NCBI RefSeq assembly: GCF_009914755.1
Contig: NC_060929.1
Direction: 5' to 3' (one strand)
Length of the DNA: 64,000 bases
Source of the DNA: the human T2T-CHM13v2.0 reference genome, Homo sapiens
The translations under genes and the position numbers were made by a program. The notes under the pieces are model-generated. The model had not been told where the DNA came from and searched no databases. It saw nothing but the letters and a program-made list of their open reading frames with translations. Shown here piece after piece: positions 43,783-58,750 of the stretch; the first letter of the stretch is position 1; each line of letters opens with the position of its first letter.

Positions 43783-44115
43783 CAGGGATTGGCAAACTTT
43801 CTCTGTAAAGTATTAGATAGTTAATATTTTAGGCTTCAACAGTCATACAGTTTCTATCGCAATTACTCATCTTCACTGTTGCAGTGTGAAAGCAGCCATG
43901 GATCATATGTAAATGAATGAATGTTACTATGTACCAATAACAATGTAGTTACGGACACTGAAATTTAGATTTTATATTATTTTGACATGTTACTAAAAAT
44001 TATTCTTTTGATTTTTTTTAACTACTTAAAAATGTAAAAAAAAAAAATTCTTAGCTCCAGGGCTATAAGAAAACAAGTATGGGACTGATTTGCCATCAGG
44101 CAGTAATTTGCTGAT
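43783..44115 (+). mobile_element. MER58B-like hAT MITE
   Basis: cagggattggcaaactttctctgtaaag...acggacactgaaattt...gtaatttgctga. Confidence 0.75.
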
Positions 44116-45456
44116 GAAAGGTGACAACCAATGAGTGCATGGGGAGAAGGAAGCTCCAGAAACCAGAGTGAGAAAATAAATCATTCATTCTCCTTGTCAT
44201 TAATTTGATAATATTTATATGTGACAATATTGGATATAAGGATTAATAAGATTATTTCATTACTTGAAGCTGGTTTAGAGAGACTGACCCCTGTAATTAA
44301 ACATATGTTCATAAACATGATTATTTATACATCAGTTTTTAGGGTTTCTGAAGTATTCCTATGACCAGAACATTAGGATAATTCTTTCCTCAGAGTTAAG
44401 CTTCCATAAAGATGGTCTGACATCTGTGAGATTTTACTTGTCTTATATTTTCAAGCACCCACAGTTAGATTAGCAACTATTCCAATTAAAGCTTAGCTTC
44501 TAAATCACCTAATTAAGGTTTTTTCTCTTTAATGTTTAATATAAAAATACACAGACCAGGCTGCCATATATTATATCACATTGTTTACCATCAATTTTTG
44601 TCATTATTCTAGATTGTTTTGTGACTAACCAAATAAACTAATCAGTATATTTTTATATCTTCAAGTTATAAATGGAAGTGTTTTGAAGGAATATAATCAT
44701 TTGAGATGATTTCAGAAATAAAATGTGTATATTAAGAGCTCAAATTATATATCTTTGATTTTATCATGAAAAGTGATTAATGATTCCAAAATTTAGTGCA
44801 ACTTAATGGTCTGTTAGAGCTTGAAAATAAAAAAGAAGCAAATACTTCTGCACAGCTTTTGCAGACCTCAGTCAACATTGAAATAATCACGTGGTCTTGG
44901 AAATGAGTCTGTCTACAGTCTGTTAGCAGCTCTGCCCCATTTGCCTCTTAGGTACCACTTCACATGCAGATAAACAGTTTTCAAAAAAGCAATGAAACTT
45001 TGATTTGTCCCATTCTGAGTGATTCTTACTGATTTGATTAATTATCCAACCTTAAAATTCCTTGAAAGACACTCAAAAATTATGCAAATGTCAACAGCAG
45101 TCAGGAGAGCAGATGTGTAGAAATGTAGACAAGAAAATAAGGCTTTGGCATTTGAACTCTATACTCAGTTTATCTCATAGGTACCCTGTGTTATTTCCAA
45201 TTCTGTCTGAATTATTCCCTGAAATCTCCCTTCTCCCTTTCTTTCAATCTCCTCTCCTTCATTCACTCACTCTCATTTACTGTTCCACACCCACCCTACT
45301 CTTGATGCTCTCCAGAAAGGCTAGCCCCTTCAACATTTTTACATTCATCTTCCAACATTAGATTACTTCTTCAGATGCTCACTCTATAACATATTCTTTT
45401 AACACAGTTTCAATTAGGAGTAAAAATAAAAAGAAAAGAAAACATTAAGATCTCAC

Positions 45457-45550
45457 ATAAAAACTCTTCCAATTTACAGGAAAGCAACAGAAATATAACC
45501 ACTTTTGCTTTAGTCTCTGTCAGGAATCGCCAGTATCCCCTACAAACATA
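45457..45550 (-). pseudogene. Pseudo-exon (YVC)RGYWRFLTETKAKVVIFLLLSCKLEEFL, ends in phase 1
   Basis: ttctttttatctctatag|TAT (45550) or tttgtag|G (45539); donor TAT|gtgaga; no stop. Confidence 0.65.
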
Positions 45551-45574
45551 CTATAGAGATAAAAAGAACGATGG

Positions 45575-45870
<296 letters not shown>

Positions 45871-47759
45871 ATAACAATGGAAGGTGAGCTGCCTCTGAAT
45901 CTGGGATCAATTAGATTCAGTACTTCATAGAGTTTCACTAACCTGCTGCTTCTGTTGTCCCTTATGATAGTACTAATAAACTCTTAGAGTCTATTCATTC
46001 TTTAGTTGTTTGCTATACATTCCTTAGTGTCTGTTCAAGACAGACACTATTCCTTCAAACCAATTTGTTTATTATGTCTATATAATGGAAATTTTCCTCA
46101 AGTACTCCAATTGGAAATAAAAGCATGTAAAATGTTTCAAGTGCAGACAGAAGCAGCAGAATGTCTATACTAATGCTGCCTCAGCCACAAGGAACAAAGA
46201 TTCTCAAACAAGCAACTCAGTTCAAATTTAACTATTGAAATATGATTTTTTTTACCAAAAAGACATGTACATCTAAAAAACCTCCACATTCACAGAAAAA
46301 CTGAAAAAAACCTTAAACAGATACAATATTATTTTATTCCATTTCTGCACCATTAGATCAGACAGATGTGTTGAGAGTAATACATCAGCATATATACCTA
46401 CAACAAACAACCTACAGAATAGTGTTGGGAGCATGAAAGTGCCTTTCTTGGCATCTTCTTTGACTAGGAGGACCTCCAACTGACTGTTTCCATGAAGGAA
46501 TATGGGCCCAGTGAGGCCAAAATCTTTTAATTTTTGAAAGAAGCCAGAAATCTGGATTTTTAAAGTGAGATTACCCAACATGAAATGCTAGTAACTAATT
46601 TTTAAACAATTAAATAAGTGTGCATGTTGCTTTAAAAAAAAAATGTTAGTCCACGAGTTACCAGTCTGTCATATCTACTCTAAAGAAATTATTCATCATA
46701 GCCCTTCCAACTCTATCATCATGGAGCAACTCTTGAATAAGTCTGTGATAAAACCAAAGCAAGAATTATGTCCCATCTATCACCTGCCTTAGGACTAATG
46801 ATTGCATATTTTGGTAAGAGGAATATGGGACCATGATTAGAAGTGGACTAAGGCAATACTCACTTTCTTCTATTTATGATCAACTTAGTGTGTGAGAGAT
46901 AAAGGTGAAGTAGGCTGAGAATGCAGTGAGGCTCTACAGAAAGGTAGCTGGCCTCTTGGAGAAAGACGATTTAGCAAACATGTGTATAGAATGATGAGGT
47001 GATAGAACAGAGCTAAAGGCCAAGGTACCACCATATCATATATCTGTAACCCTAAGGCTTAGATCCTAACTCCTGGTCTTGCCAGGGGAAGGGCTAGTGT
47101 TTCCCCCCAATAATTCATCTTCTAAACCCCACATACCAAGAGCTGAGTATCTTGCTAGGAGCCTACCATCCAGCCATGTTACATGCCATGTTATATTTCT
47201 GTGCACAGTTCCAGAGGTAAAGGACAATGAGGAACTGCATACCTCCTACTGCTCCTCTCCTCTAAGTTTTCTCCAACAGATGTTATTACAGGCCTAGGTG
47301 CACTGTCAGGTGACTCAATCTTGCAAGGCCTTTAAACGACCTAGCAGAGGCTTCAGAAAGGAAGCGAGGAGAAGCTCAATATGCAGGTTGAGGCTTCAAA
47401 TCAGAATGATGAAAGGAGAGACTTTGTGGTTTGAATATGATCAAGCCCAGTTCCCTAGGACTGAAGGTTAAATGTTGATTAAGGCAGGACAGAAATACAG
47501 CCACAAATGCATTTACTAGCAATTCCCCTGAGTCAGAACTCTCAGTAATAGGTGAAAAAACAAGGTCCAATGAAAGGAAAGTGAGCTGGGATTCACAACT
47601 AACAGTGGGAAGCTTATTATTTTTATTGTAGAAAAGCAGACTGCCTAATGCAAAGAATGCCGCAACATCACAACCTGCAGCTAGATCATCAGCAAAGATC
47701 AGTTAGTAAAGTCTTACTATTGTTCTTCTACATTCCTGCTGTTTCAGGTCAGCATAAAA

Positions 47760-48810
47760 ATGACTGATTATAATACTGGTCAAAAAACAGTAAGTTTTCC
47801 TTGAAAGGTATTTTGTCCCGTTAAAAGCAGTTTATACAGATAAAGTCATGTCAGTGTAGGGCTTTGAGGCTCTCTGGAAGGTTTAAAGTAAGAAGAAATG
47901 ATGTCCACCAACTAGGCATGAACTGGTAAATTGTCTAATCACCCACAAGATGCTTGAAAAATTTTTAATTCAAAATTTTTATAAAGTAAAGATGGGGTTT
48001 TGCCATGTTACCTAGGCTGGTCTCAAATTCCTGTGCTCAGGCAATCCACCCACTTTGACCTCTCAAAGTGCTGGGATTACAGGCATAAGCCACTGAGCCT
48101 GGTTAAGATCTGTAAAAATTTTCAACGTGAAAATGTTGAAAAGGTGACTTAGTTCATTAAGAAAGATTGGATTATTGATCAAATGAAAATAAAGATGACT
48201 GTGAAATTAAAATTAACATGATAAAGATTGGTAATTCCTTTGTCACAGGCATTGAGCAAAAAATGAAGACTTGATTTTTTTTTGGCCAAAACATTTAGTG
48301 GTACAGTACAGAAATTAATCAGTAATGAAACAAATCAGAATGAATCCCCAATATCCTGAAGTTTTATAATGTTCAAGTGCTAGACTCGTAGGTAGTGTAA
48401 ATGTTGACTTTTTATTTCAAATCAGTGGAATCCTTCATAAAGAATTCGTGCTACACAGGTAATTAGGCTTGATGGACAGAAATGGTGAAGTGTTTGGGTT
48501 TTCTTAGTAATTCAAAAGAAACAAACTATAATTTCTTCACCACACTTTCACAGTAAAACTAGGTTGATTTCAATTTTCTTCATATCCTGAGCTAAAATTT
48601 TTGAATACTTTAATAAACCAAAATGAACAATCAAGAGATAATTTTCTTACCTTTCAAAATGTGAAAAAAGGGGGTTTTGGTTCTGAGCACAATTCCAGGA
48701 ACATTACTAAAATATTGCAGAATACGTGTACAACCTTCCAATCTTATTATTCTGATGAGGACACTGCTCCTTTGGATGTATATAACCAGGTATATTTTTA
48801 AGAAATCACT
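47760..48810 (+). mobile_element. Ancient mariner-like (MARNA-type) remnant with an Alu monomer at ~47975-48102
   Basis: Degenerate mariner-like transposase text; the monomer consensus is clear. Confidence 0.4.
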
Positions 48811-50051
48811 TTAATAATTTTATTTAAGATTTTCTACCATGAGTACTTCATAAAGGAATCTGTATGGCTCAAGGAGGGGATGGATATTCTCGAGACCGAT
48901 GGCTACAGGTGCAGCACTTTATAAGGCTAGAACTCTTCCTTGTCTGAACTACCTTTATGCCTCTCTTCTCTCCTGCTACCTCCTGTTTACGAGGGTCTCC
49001 GTAGACTAGTAAACACTTTTTTCTTGGTTTGTCATATATGTTTGGCCCTTTTGAGAAAACGCATTCATTTTTCATTATGAGCTCTAGAGATGCAATGAGG
49101 AAATCTCCCCATCTAGAAAGGCAATCCTGATATCATTCACAGGATGTAAGGATTCTGGGCAGCATACACATGATCCCCCTTTCTGCACAGTGGGGATCAG
49201 TGTTAGCTGCCTGCTCCAGGATCCATGTTTCCTCTGTGTGGTTTAACTGCTAATGTAACTGTCAAGTGCCCCTCAGGGTTTCTCTTCTGCTAATCACAAG
49301 AGTTTTCCTAATAGTTCTCCTTGGCTTGGGTTAACTCCCTGAACTCTAACACCACGACAAATCATTAGCTGCTTCATCTTCAACACTCAGCTGGAGATAG
49401 CCATAATACATTGTCAAGGGGGAATAATTGGGGAATGAACAGTAAGGCTTTAAGTTTAAAGCCCTTAAGCAATAAATGTGGCCTTTTCCTCAAAAGGCAG
49501 CATACACATCTTAAAATTCAGCACATAGCAAAAGCCATTGTTTCTCTTTGCTATTCCTGACTTTTGATCAAGTCAGACAAGTTGAGAGCACCATACTTGA
49601 TATTATGATATAGATTTTATCATTCATTTCCTACTTAAAAGGAGTGGGAAGATCCACTATTGACATTATGTTTAAGATGCTCCCACAGAATCTGTTCCAG
49701 AATTTCTATCAGAATTTTAAAACCTGAGAATCAGGAGCCCAGTTTGCAATAAAATCAGAATAAGTTCTCTATAAATTAGAGAGAACTTTGGGGGAACTTT
49801 TTTTAATACATGAGCAAACAAGTTGAAAGAGGAGAAAGAAGTTCTCATTGCAGTCTCAGAATCCTGGGAAAAAAAACCCTATAATTTGTGAAATACTAGA
49901 ATTGTGTACAGCTGATTGGTGGGATCCTAGCAATGCACAATGAGAATTTTATTTGTAAATTAGAAAACTCGGGTTTCATATTTTTATCATTTGAGAAAAT
50001 CCTTTGTAAAAAAAAAAAAAAGACATTAGAGATCTATGAGCCATTCCTTAC

Positions 50052-50083
50052 CTTACTCCTCTTCTTATATACTCCATGCAGGC
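50052..50083 (-). pseudogene. Small pseudo-exon ACMEYIRRGV(R)
   Basis: actttttatcttag|GCC; two tandem gtaagg donors (exon end 50057 or 50052), each pairing in frame with one of two acceptors of the next exon. Confidence 0.6.
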
Positions 50084-50403
50084 CTAAGATAAAAAGTTAA
50101 AAGCAGCAATCAGATGTATAATGCCTATTAATGAGCAATTATTTTAGGATTCTTCATATATCACCCCATTTTAATTTTCCATATTATGACAATATATTTG
50201 AGGGCTCTTTATTCCATAACTTAATTTCAGAAATGTTTTTCTGTATGTTTGATAAATATCTAAATCAATTTAAGAAAAAAGATCTCACTATTAGCTTCAA
50301 AAAATATATCACTTCCTTTGGCATGTGTGTGTGTATGTGTGTGTGTGCTTATGTACATGTGTGTTTATGCATAGTGCTGTTCTTATAACCAGAAAAGTTT
50401 TAC

Positions 50404-50731
50404 CTTTTGGGGAGTCTCTGTATTCACATCAAGGAATGCTGGTACAACTTCAGACAGGAAGCTCTCAAGCTCCTTCGGGTTCTATTTTTAAAGAGATTGT
50501 TTTGACAGCTCTAATTATGGCATACAGAAATGCCAGTTGGGTAGCTGAACTTGCATTTCAAAGACTAACCTTCAGGAATGTATTTATTAAATATGAAATA
50601 TGAGCATTAAGAATATCATACATTTTACATAGAATATTTTGGTTCCAACATGATTTCTTCTCTGGAATCAGTGGTCAGTCCAATCTCTTGCTACTATCTT
50701 ACCTGAATTATGCACTAGGTAAGGCATTTTC
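50404..50731 (-). pseudogene. Pseudo-exon ENALPSA*FR*DSSKRLD*PLIPEKKSCWNQNILCKMYDILNAHISYLINTFLKVSL*NASSATQLAFLYAIIRAVKTISLKIEP/KELESFLSEVVPAFLDVNTETPQK
   Basis: tgctttctacag|GAA ... AAG|gtaaaa; 328 nt = 109 codons + 1 nt, consistent with a phase 0-0 exon carrying a +1 frameshift and 4 stops. Confidence 0.7.
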
Positions 50732-51631
50732 CTGTAGAAAGCAGCAAGTAACTAGAACAACCTCTGTGCAGGAAGGCCCTAACAACACGTATTACACTCC
50801 TTTTTCTGAATTATATTCTGATGATAATAAACTGAAGTAGTTTAAAAAAAGAAAATTAATTTTATTATAAGAAACACCTAATGAAGCTTTTATTCACTTA
50901 TGACAGAGATTTACCACATGATGAGAACATTCTGGGCTCAAAGAAAAATTCAGATTCTATTCCCCACTCAAAAAGGAAGTAGATGTGACATGGTTTTTAA
51001 GGTGATAAATTAGGGAATTAATGACTAGATCACAAGGATTGAGACAAACATTTTAATCTAACAAGTATATATAAAATATTACTGTTGTTATATCCTTCCT
51101 TACAAAGACCAAGACAGGATTAAAGGATTTACTAAAGACTACTGATGCCTACCACTGTGATAAAAAATGAAAGAAAAGTAATAGGTCATTTGCCTGAAAT
51201 TAACATTATGTTTTTTTCGACTAGACATTTATAGCTACAAAAAAAGTATTAACTGGATGGTCATGTCATACAAGGTGGCTTTCTTCTTTTAATAACAAGG
51301 TTTATTTTAGGAATAAATATCTATATTAAAATATCCTAGCCCTACTAATTTTTCCTATCTAAACTCCAAATATTGGAAAATCCAAATAGCTAGATTTTTG
51401 CATACATCGTTGCAAAAGTAGCCATTTTGATGACCCTGAAACAGTGCTCCAGCATTCCAAAATACAATTTGAGTTAGAAAAATACTGATCATGATTGATA
51501 ACTTTTAAATGTTAAATACATTTAAATTATTTGAAAACGGATACACTGTATGTGTCTTAACTCTTAAATAATTAATGCAAATAGCAATAATGTTCTCCAA
51601 CCATTCTAAATAAATGCAAGTTGTACTGTAC

Positions 51632-51838
51632 TTTTAGAGCTGTCAATAAATCTTCAAGAGTGAAACCCAAAAGGAATTCCAAAAGGAATTCTTTTGCAAG
51701 ATTTGTTTTGATGGCTCCCAGTAGATGGACTAGAGCAAAATCCATCTTACGAGATGAAAGAAGAGAGCCCATTTGTTTTATTATTCAGAATAGTCTCTTC
51801 TGTATCTTTATCTTAGATGCAAAAAAGTACTTCTGTAC
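51632..51838 (-). pseudogene. Pseudo-exon VQKYFFASKIKIQKRLF*IIKQMGSLLSSRKMDFALVHLLGAIKTNLAKEFLLEFLLGFTLEDLLTALK, phase 0-0
   Basis: ttcttctgtaag|GTA (an in-frame cag acceptor lies 6 nt further in); weak donor AAA|gtacag; 207 nt, one TGA. Confidence 0.65.
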
Positions 51839-52182
51839 CTTACAGAAGAAATTCAGATAATTATTTCTTTGCAGCAGTAAACATGAACTTGCTTATCGTT
51901 TCTAATTCATGCTAAAATAAGTATCCCTATTCTATACTAAACATATATGATGTCAAGATATTTTAAACACCAAGAACAAAATGTCTTTTTAAAAACCATA
52001 CTATTCCTTATTCTTTAATTTGACAACTATTCACATTGAACTTTAAGGGCTAAGCAATATGGTAGACACGTGAGGAGACAATGGCAAGCAAAAACTTGGC
52101 AGAACTTGCAGTACAATCAAGGAGATGGATATTAATCAAATAGTTACCCAAATAAAAAATACTGTACCTGCAAAATGGTATC

Positions 52183-52559
52183 TGTATTAGTCCATTCTCA
52201 TGCTGCTAATAAAGACATATGCAAGACTGGGTAATTTATAAAGGAAAGAGGTTTAATTGACTCTTAATTCAGCATGGTTGGGGAGGCCTCAGGAAACTTA
52301 CAATCCTGGTGGAAGGGGATGCAAACAAGTCCTTCTTCACATGGCAGCAACAAGGAGAAGAATGAGCAAAGAGAGAAAAGCCCCTTATAAAACCATCAGA
52401 TCTCAGGAGAACTCACTCACTATCATGAGAACAACAGCAGGGGAGTAACTGCCCCCATTATTCAATTACCTCCCACCAGGTCCCTCTCATGACACGTGGG
52501 GATTATGAGAACTACAATTCAAGATGAGATCTGGGTGGGGACACAGCCAAACCCTATCA
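52183..52559 (-). mobile_element. THE1 (MaLR) solo LTR
   Basis: tgtattagtccattctcatgctgctaataaagacat...cacagccaaaccctatca; perfect 5-bp TSD gtatc. Confidence 0.9.
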
Positions 52560-54776
52560 GTATCAAAAAGAACATAGCTTTATGTAAACTGTATATAATA
52601 GGGCTATGTGACTTGATGAAGTTGGTCAGGAAGGTTCCACCAAGAAAATTGTTAGTAACCCAACATCTGAAGGATGTGAGACACTAACCAGGCCAATAAG
52701 AAAGCAAAAACATGAAAGAGAGAAAGATACGACATGTGCAAATGTCTTACAGTGGGAGGGAACATGGCAAACATGAGGGCCTAAAAGAAGATATTCTATA
52801 TCTGGGAGAGAAGGGGTAGCAAAGAAGGGAACAGGGCATAAGATGAGGCTGTAGATGTAGGTTGACCATATAGAGTATTTTAGCACATATTATGCTTTGA
52901 CTTTGTTTTTATTCTAAGTGCAATAAGAAGCCATTAAAGATGTTAGATAGGAGACATACCTCCACTTTCCATTCTTTTATCCTAATCACCTACAGGCTTT
53001 CCACTGACCTTTCTCTCACCGTGTTCCAGGGAAAACAGAATGCTTTATCTAATAACCAATTTGGGAAGAATATCTAGACGTGAGTAGTTCAGCTCAAAAG
53101 TCCTTCTTCTCTTTGCAAGTAGGCTCGCCTCAGAAGAAGTTACAATGTAAATCTTACTTTGGCAGACCTCGCATGAAGGCAGGCTACCCGGTCCAGTACT
53201 GCCCAGGGATGCGTGGGCAAACCTGCCTGATTCTGAAGCACAGTTTTCTATTTAGTTCTCATATAAACCACATTCTCTATGTACCACCTGCAGTGATAAG
53301 GATAATATTTTCGTTCTTCTTTTACCTCTATTCCTTGTTTTATTATATTGCTTATAGTCCAGGCCAAAAGAGGCATGCTGTTTATTAGAGGACCCCTCAG
53401 AGCGTCAGCAGAGCAGTTTTAATGAGGGAGTCTCAGTGATAAAAGAAATGGATGAAATATTCGTTGAGAAGAGCAGAAGAGTAACTTAAGAGAAAAATAA
53501 GAACAAATTGGACAAATAAGGTGGCCTTTCTTGATGTTGATCATGTATTCATAACACTATCAGTGTCCTCTCTTTAAACTTTTTTTTAGCGCACTCATCT
53601 CTTTAAGAGAGGTATAAAAAAGTCAATACTTGGTCTCAGCTAGGGTTACAGTTTTGCTAGATAATGTGACTCAAAGAAAGAGAGGGGCACAGGATTTCAG
53701 GATATTGGCAAGAGTTTATCAGTTAATTTACTGCTGGATCTCCAACGCTTAGATCAGTGCCTGACAGTTATTAGATGCTAAGCATATATTTGTTGAATGA
53801 ATGAATAAGATGGTTTAGAAAACAAAGTCGGGGTCTGATTGAGCAAAAGACAGTACAGGGATAAATAAACTTAAAGACTGGTTGAGGTCAAAGAAGGATT
53901 ACAGTGAAACTATTAATACTTGAACAAGATGGAAGAAGGGAGGTGGTAAGATACTAAAAGATCATTTTCAAGTTATAGCTTTACAAGTGAAATGGTGGAA
54001 CACAGGGCCATGAAATGGGAGGGTGAGAAGTGGAGGAAGTTATTGAGGATGTGGAGGTTAAAAATCTTCGAGGCCATAACACGATATCAGGCAGGCTGCT
54101 ATCAAAACCTGAAAGGAGCAGAAAGAGTATAAAACTTGATGCCCCTTCTTCATTCAGTGGGGAATGAAGAAATTCATACTTCATTAATAATTGGTACAAA
54201 GAGAAAGAAAAAAATTCTTGCCTAATTCATGTCAGTATTTCTTGTAAGTCTTCATCAATTCTACTCCTATCTCAATTCAACTCCTTCTTATCCTTAGGCT
54301 TATGATCCAGTTATAACTTTTAGCCAGGATTCATTTCCTTGAACTTAAATATTTGAGTGTACATGAGTCCATTAAAGTTCTAACAAAGTTGTACTTGTAG
54401 GATTACCAATGTCATCAAACTGGGATATGAAGCATGGTGAGAATATAGGAAAATTTATCACACAGCATAGAAAGTAGGGTGTGACAGTTAATATGAAAGG
54501 CTCAGGAGTCATAAAAACCTAAGTCCAAATGCTGATTATACCACCATTTGCTAGGATTTGCCATTTTCTTTAAAATAATAAAAAAAAGCCTCAGCTTCAT
54601 TTGTAAAATGCATATAACAACAGAACAAACTTCATAGGGTTCATTATGAATATTAAGTGAAATAATGCACTTAAAAACTTTGTAGGATCCAAATGCATAC
54701 TAAACATTTATTATTGTTTTTTTACAAAGGTTAAAGTATTTTAAAAGAAATAAAAAATATCTTACTACATATGTAC

Positions 54777-54779
<3 letters not shown>

Positions 54780-54810
<31 letters not shown>
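54780..54810 (+). repeat. (TG)n microsatellite
   Basis: Seen directly. Confidence 0.95.
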
Positions 54811-54813
<3 letters not shown>

Positions 54814-55171
54814 CACTATAAAAGAGTACAGAAGAGCTGATAATAAATAGCAACAGTCTTCTTCCCTACTTCTCTGGATACAAGTCCTTCACCATATATG
54901 TGACTTGTAAATCTTTTCTCACAGTTTGTGTCTCATCTTTCAAAGAGAAGAAATCTTAATTTTGATACAAATATGCTCTTTTCTTTTATAGATCATGCTT
55001 TTGGTGTTGCATCTGAGACATTTTAGACAAATATAAGGTCACAAAGATTTTCTCTGTTTTGAAGTCTTACATTTACATCTAGGATCCATTTACAGTTAAC
55101 TTCTGTATAAAATATGAGGTTTACGTAGAAGTTACATGTGTGTATTAAATTGTTCTGGCATTATTTGTTGA

Positions 55172-55532
<361 letters not shown>

Positions 55533-56177
55533 TTAAAACACTTTTGAAACTTCTGCTACAACAAGATATTCCAGGTTTATTCATGTACATTCTCTACTGC
55601 AGTCCTAGAATTAGCTATTTCTCCAGGGAGTGCTGGGTGCCTTTAATGAGAAATATGTGTGTACTTCTTTACAGAATTTTGCTGGAAGTCCCACCCAACA
55701 ACTTTCTTTTATGTATCATCCATACCCAGCTGCAAAAGATGCTAGACAATATAATTTTTTAGTGTGGTAGACTTTGTAGAGTACTGTTGTTATGGAAGAA
55801 AGATAAGCTAGATATTATGAGGTAATTTACATTTGTTGATAAGGTGAATAATGTGATAGAGAATAACTTCTTAAGACCAAAAGCACAACTTACATTGATA
55901 CAGTTGATAACATTAACAATTAAATTTACTCTAGAATATATACTATTCTCAAAATATAGTCACAGTGGGAGAAGATTTATAACTTTCAAAAGAGAACTGG
56001 TGTCAAAATCAAGAGAAGCCACACCTGATGAACCTTATCCACTTCTAGGTTTCATACAGATGCAGATATCATGGATTTTGAGCTGATGCCATAATATGAG
56101 TCTTTTGGGATCATGGAAAGGAATTAGCGAGTCTTGAATATGGAAAGATGTGAATTGTTGCCCCAAAAGGCAAACTG

Positions 56178-56710
56178 AAGTAGGTTGTCTGCAAAAATAG
56201 CTGCCAAGAATTCCTACCATTCCCATGTGTGTATGCCAATCTTTTTGTCAAGAGATCGAGTTTATAACCTTGTATGAAACTCAAATCCCCTCATAACTTG
56301 TATCAACTGCTAGAATATGGTAGGAATTACATCGTGTGAATTCCAAGACTTCAGCTACAAGAGGGCTGGAAGCTTCTGCTTTCATTCCCTTGAGGGCCTG
56401 AGGCACCATGTCAAGTAGTCTGGCCATCCCGTTCAATAGGTCACATGGAAAAAGGCAAAGAGAGCCTGTTTCAGCCATTCCAGCTGAGGTAAAAGACATG
56501 TAAATGAAGCCATCTTGGATCACCTAGCTCTAGTCAAGTCTCCAGATGACTACAGCTGTAAGAGCAATCCCATAAGACTAGCAGAGGAACAGCATACTTG
56601 AGACTAGTCCAACTGAGTGCAATACAGCTATCAAAATGATGAGCAAATAAATGGTGGTTGCTTTAAAGCATTAAGTTTGAGGTGGTTTGTTATAAAGCAG
56701 TAGATAACTA
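56178..56710 (+). mobile_element. MLT1 (MaLR) LTR
   Basis: aaaatagctgccaagaattcc...ataaatggtggttgctttaaagcattaag...gcagtagataact. Confidence 0.7.
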
Positions 56711-57860
56711 AGTGTGATGATATTTGTGAGCCACGTAAATAACTGCCAAAGAGCAACTTCAGTAAGAGGAGGATCTTAATAATCAGGTGCACAAGATGAC
56801 ACAATCTATGGATATTAGTCTTTTTCTCCAACCACCCATGCCCTTGCCCAATTGGCCCATGAACAAAGTGACCATAAAGACAAGGATAAAAATTACACAT
56901 GGGTTCAGCAACATGGATTTTCATTTCCCAAGGCTGATCTGACTACAGTCACTGCTGAGTACCCAAAATGCCAATAGCAGAGACCAACATTTAACTCCAT
57001 ACCATTCCATGTCTAGATCAGCCAGTCACTTAGTGCCAGGTTGATTATACTGGCATCACAGGAAGCTCAGTGTTTTGTTCTCATTGAAACAGACATTTAC
57101 CCTGGACAGAAATTTTTCTTCTCTGCCTGCAATGCTTCTGCCAAAACAACCATCTGTGGACTTAAGAGAAACACATATTCACTACTGTGATATTCCACAC
57201 ATCATTGTTACTGACCAGGAAACTTCTTTTGTAGCAAATGAAATCTGGCAATGGGCTCTTGCTTATGGAACTCACTGGTATTACCACATTTCCCATCACC
57301 CTGAAGCAGATGGCTTGATAAAATAATGAAACCTTTTGAAAATTCAGTTACAGCACAGTGTAGGATAATTGTATGGCTGAGATAATGTCCTCCCGAAGGT
57401 GGTACATGTCCTGAATCAGCAACAAAAATATGGTACCATTTCTCCAATTGCTAGGATCCATGGCTCTGGGAATCACAGGGGTAGAAGTGGAAAAGGCTCC
57501 TCCTTAACCCTTAACCCCAAAGATCAACTAGCAAAATTTTTGTTTCCTGTCCCTGCAATTCTAGGTCCAGCTGGTTTAGATGTCTTAGTTCCCAAAGGAG
57601 TGATGCTTCCATAAGGGCATACAACAGTGGTTCCACTAAACTGGAAGCTGAGACTTCCACCTAGCTATTTCAGTTCCTCATGCCAGAAAACCAACAAGCA
57701 AATAAGAAGAAGATTATAGTACTGACTGAGGTAACTGATCCTGACTATCAAGGGCAACTGGGTTGCAAAATACAAAATGTGAGTGAGAAAAAGTATGTCT
57801 AGAATGAAGATCCTCTACTGTGTTTCTTAGTTCTCATGTGTCCTGTGACAAAAGTTAATG
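56711..57860 (+). mobile_element. ERVL internal fossil: integrase plus dUTPase-like region
   Basis: DIPHIIVTDQETSF...WYYHISHHPEADGLIK (integrase core) followed by AGLDVLVPKGVMLP (dUTPase-like). Confidence 0.8.
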
Positions 57861-58239
57861 GAAGAGTGGCATCAGCAAGATGGCAAAATAGAAGATCCCC
57901 CAGTATCACACCTCTCAAAAAAACAGAAGCAGAAACTATTTAAAGACAAGAATACCACTCTAAATTAACAAGAACTTATGGGAGGAGCACAGAAACTCCC
58001 TTGGCCCATAGAATGTAGAGGCCACGACCAGTAAGAGAAACAACCATTTCAGATTGTGCAGCCCTCTCCCCAGATCCTGTATAACATCATTCACAAAAAA
58101 TTTCCCTAGACTCATGATTTCCAAAAATTTCAGGTGAACATACACTCTCCCCAATGGTTTGAGAGTGTTTGTGGGGAGTCCACTCCTGCCCACAGGAACC
58201 ACTGAGAGTACCACAAGGATACTAATATACATTCTGACC

Positions 58240-58750
58240 AACAGTATCCTAGCTAGTGTTCCACTTCCTCTGCATCTTTGCCAGCATTTGTTATTTTTAG
58301 TCTTTTTAATAATAGTCATTTTAACTAGGCTGAGATAATATCTCATTGTGGTTTCCATTTCCATTTCCCTGATTAGTGATGTTGAGCATTTTTTTTTCAT
58401 TTACCTGCTGGCCATTTGTATGTCTTCTTTTGTGAAATGTCTATTCAGTTATTTTGCCCATTTAGTAATTGAATTATTATTTTTTGCTATTGTTTGAGTT
58501 CTGTATATATTCTGGTTATCAATTCTTAGATGTGTAATTTGCAAATATTTTCTTCCATTCTATAGGTTGTTTCTTCACTCTGTTGATTACTTTGCTGTAC
58601 AGAAGCTTTTTAGCTTACTGTAATCCCATTTGTTGATTTTCCTTTTCTTGCCTGTGCTTTTGAGGTCTTACTCCAAAAAATGTTTGCCCCAACACATGTC
58701 CTGAAGTGTTTCCTCAAAGTTTTCTCCCATTAGTTTTATAGTGTGAGGTC
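58240..58750 (-). mobile_element. L1 ORF2 3' fragment; an L1 5'-like segment at ~57865-58210 lies on the opposite strand
   Basis: KCSTSLIREM..TTMRYYLSLVKM..KCWQRC. Confidence 0.8.

Noticed and set aside
48651-48770. Strong minus-strand donor AAG|gtaaga
   Set aside because: Within the mariner-like remnant, with no matching acceptor or frame.
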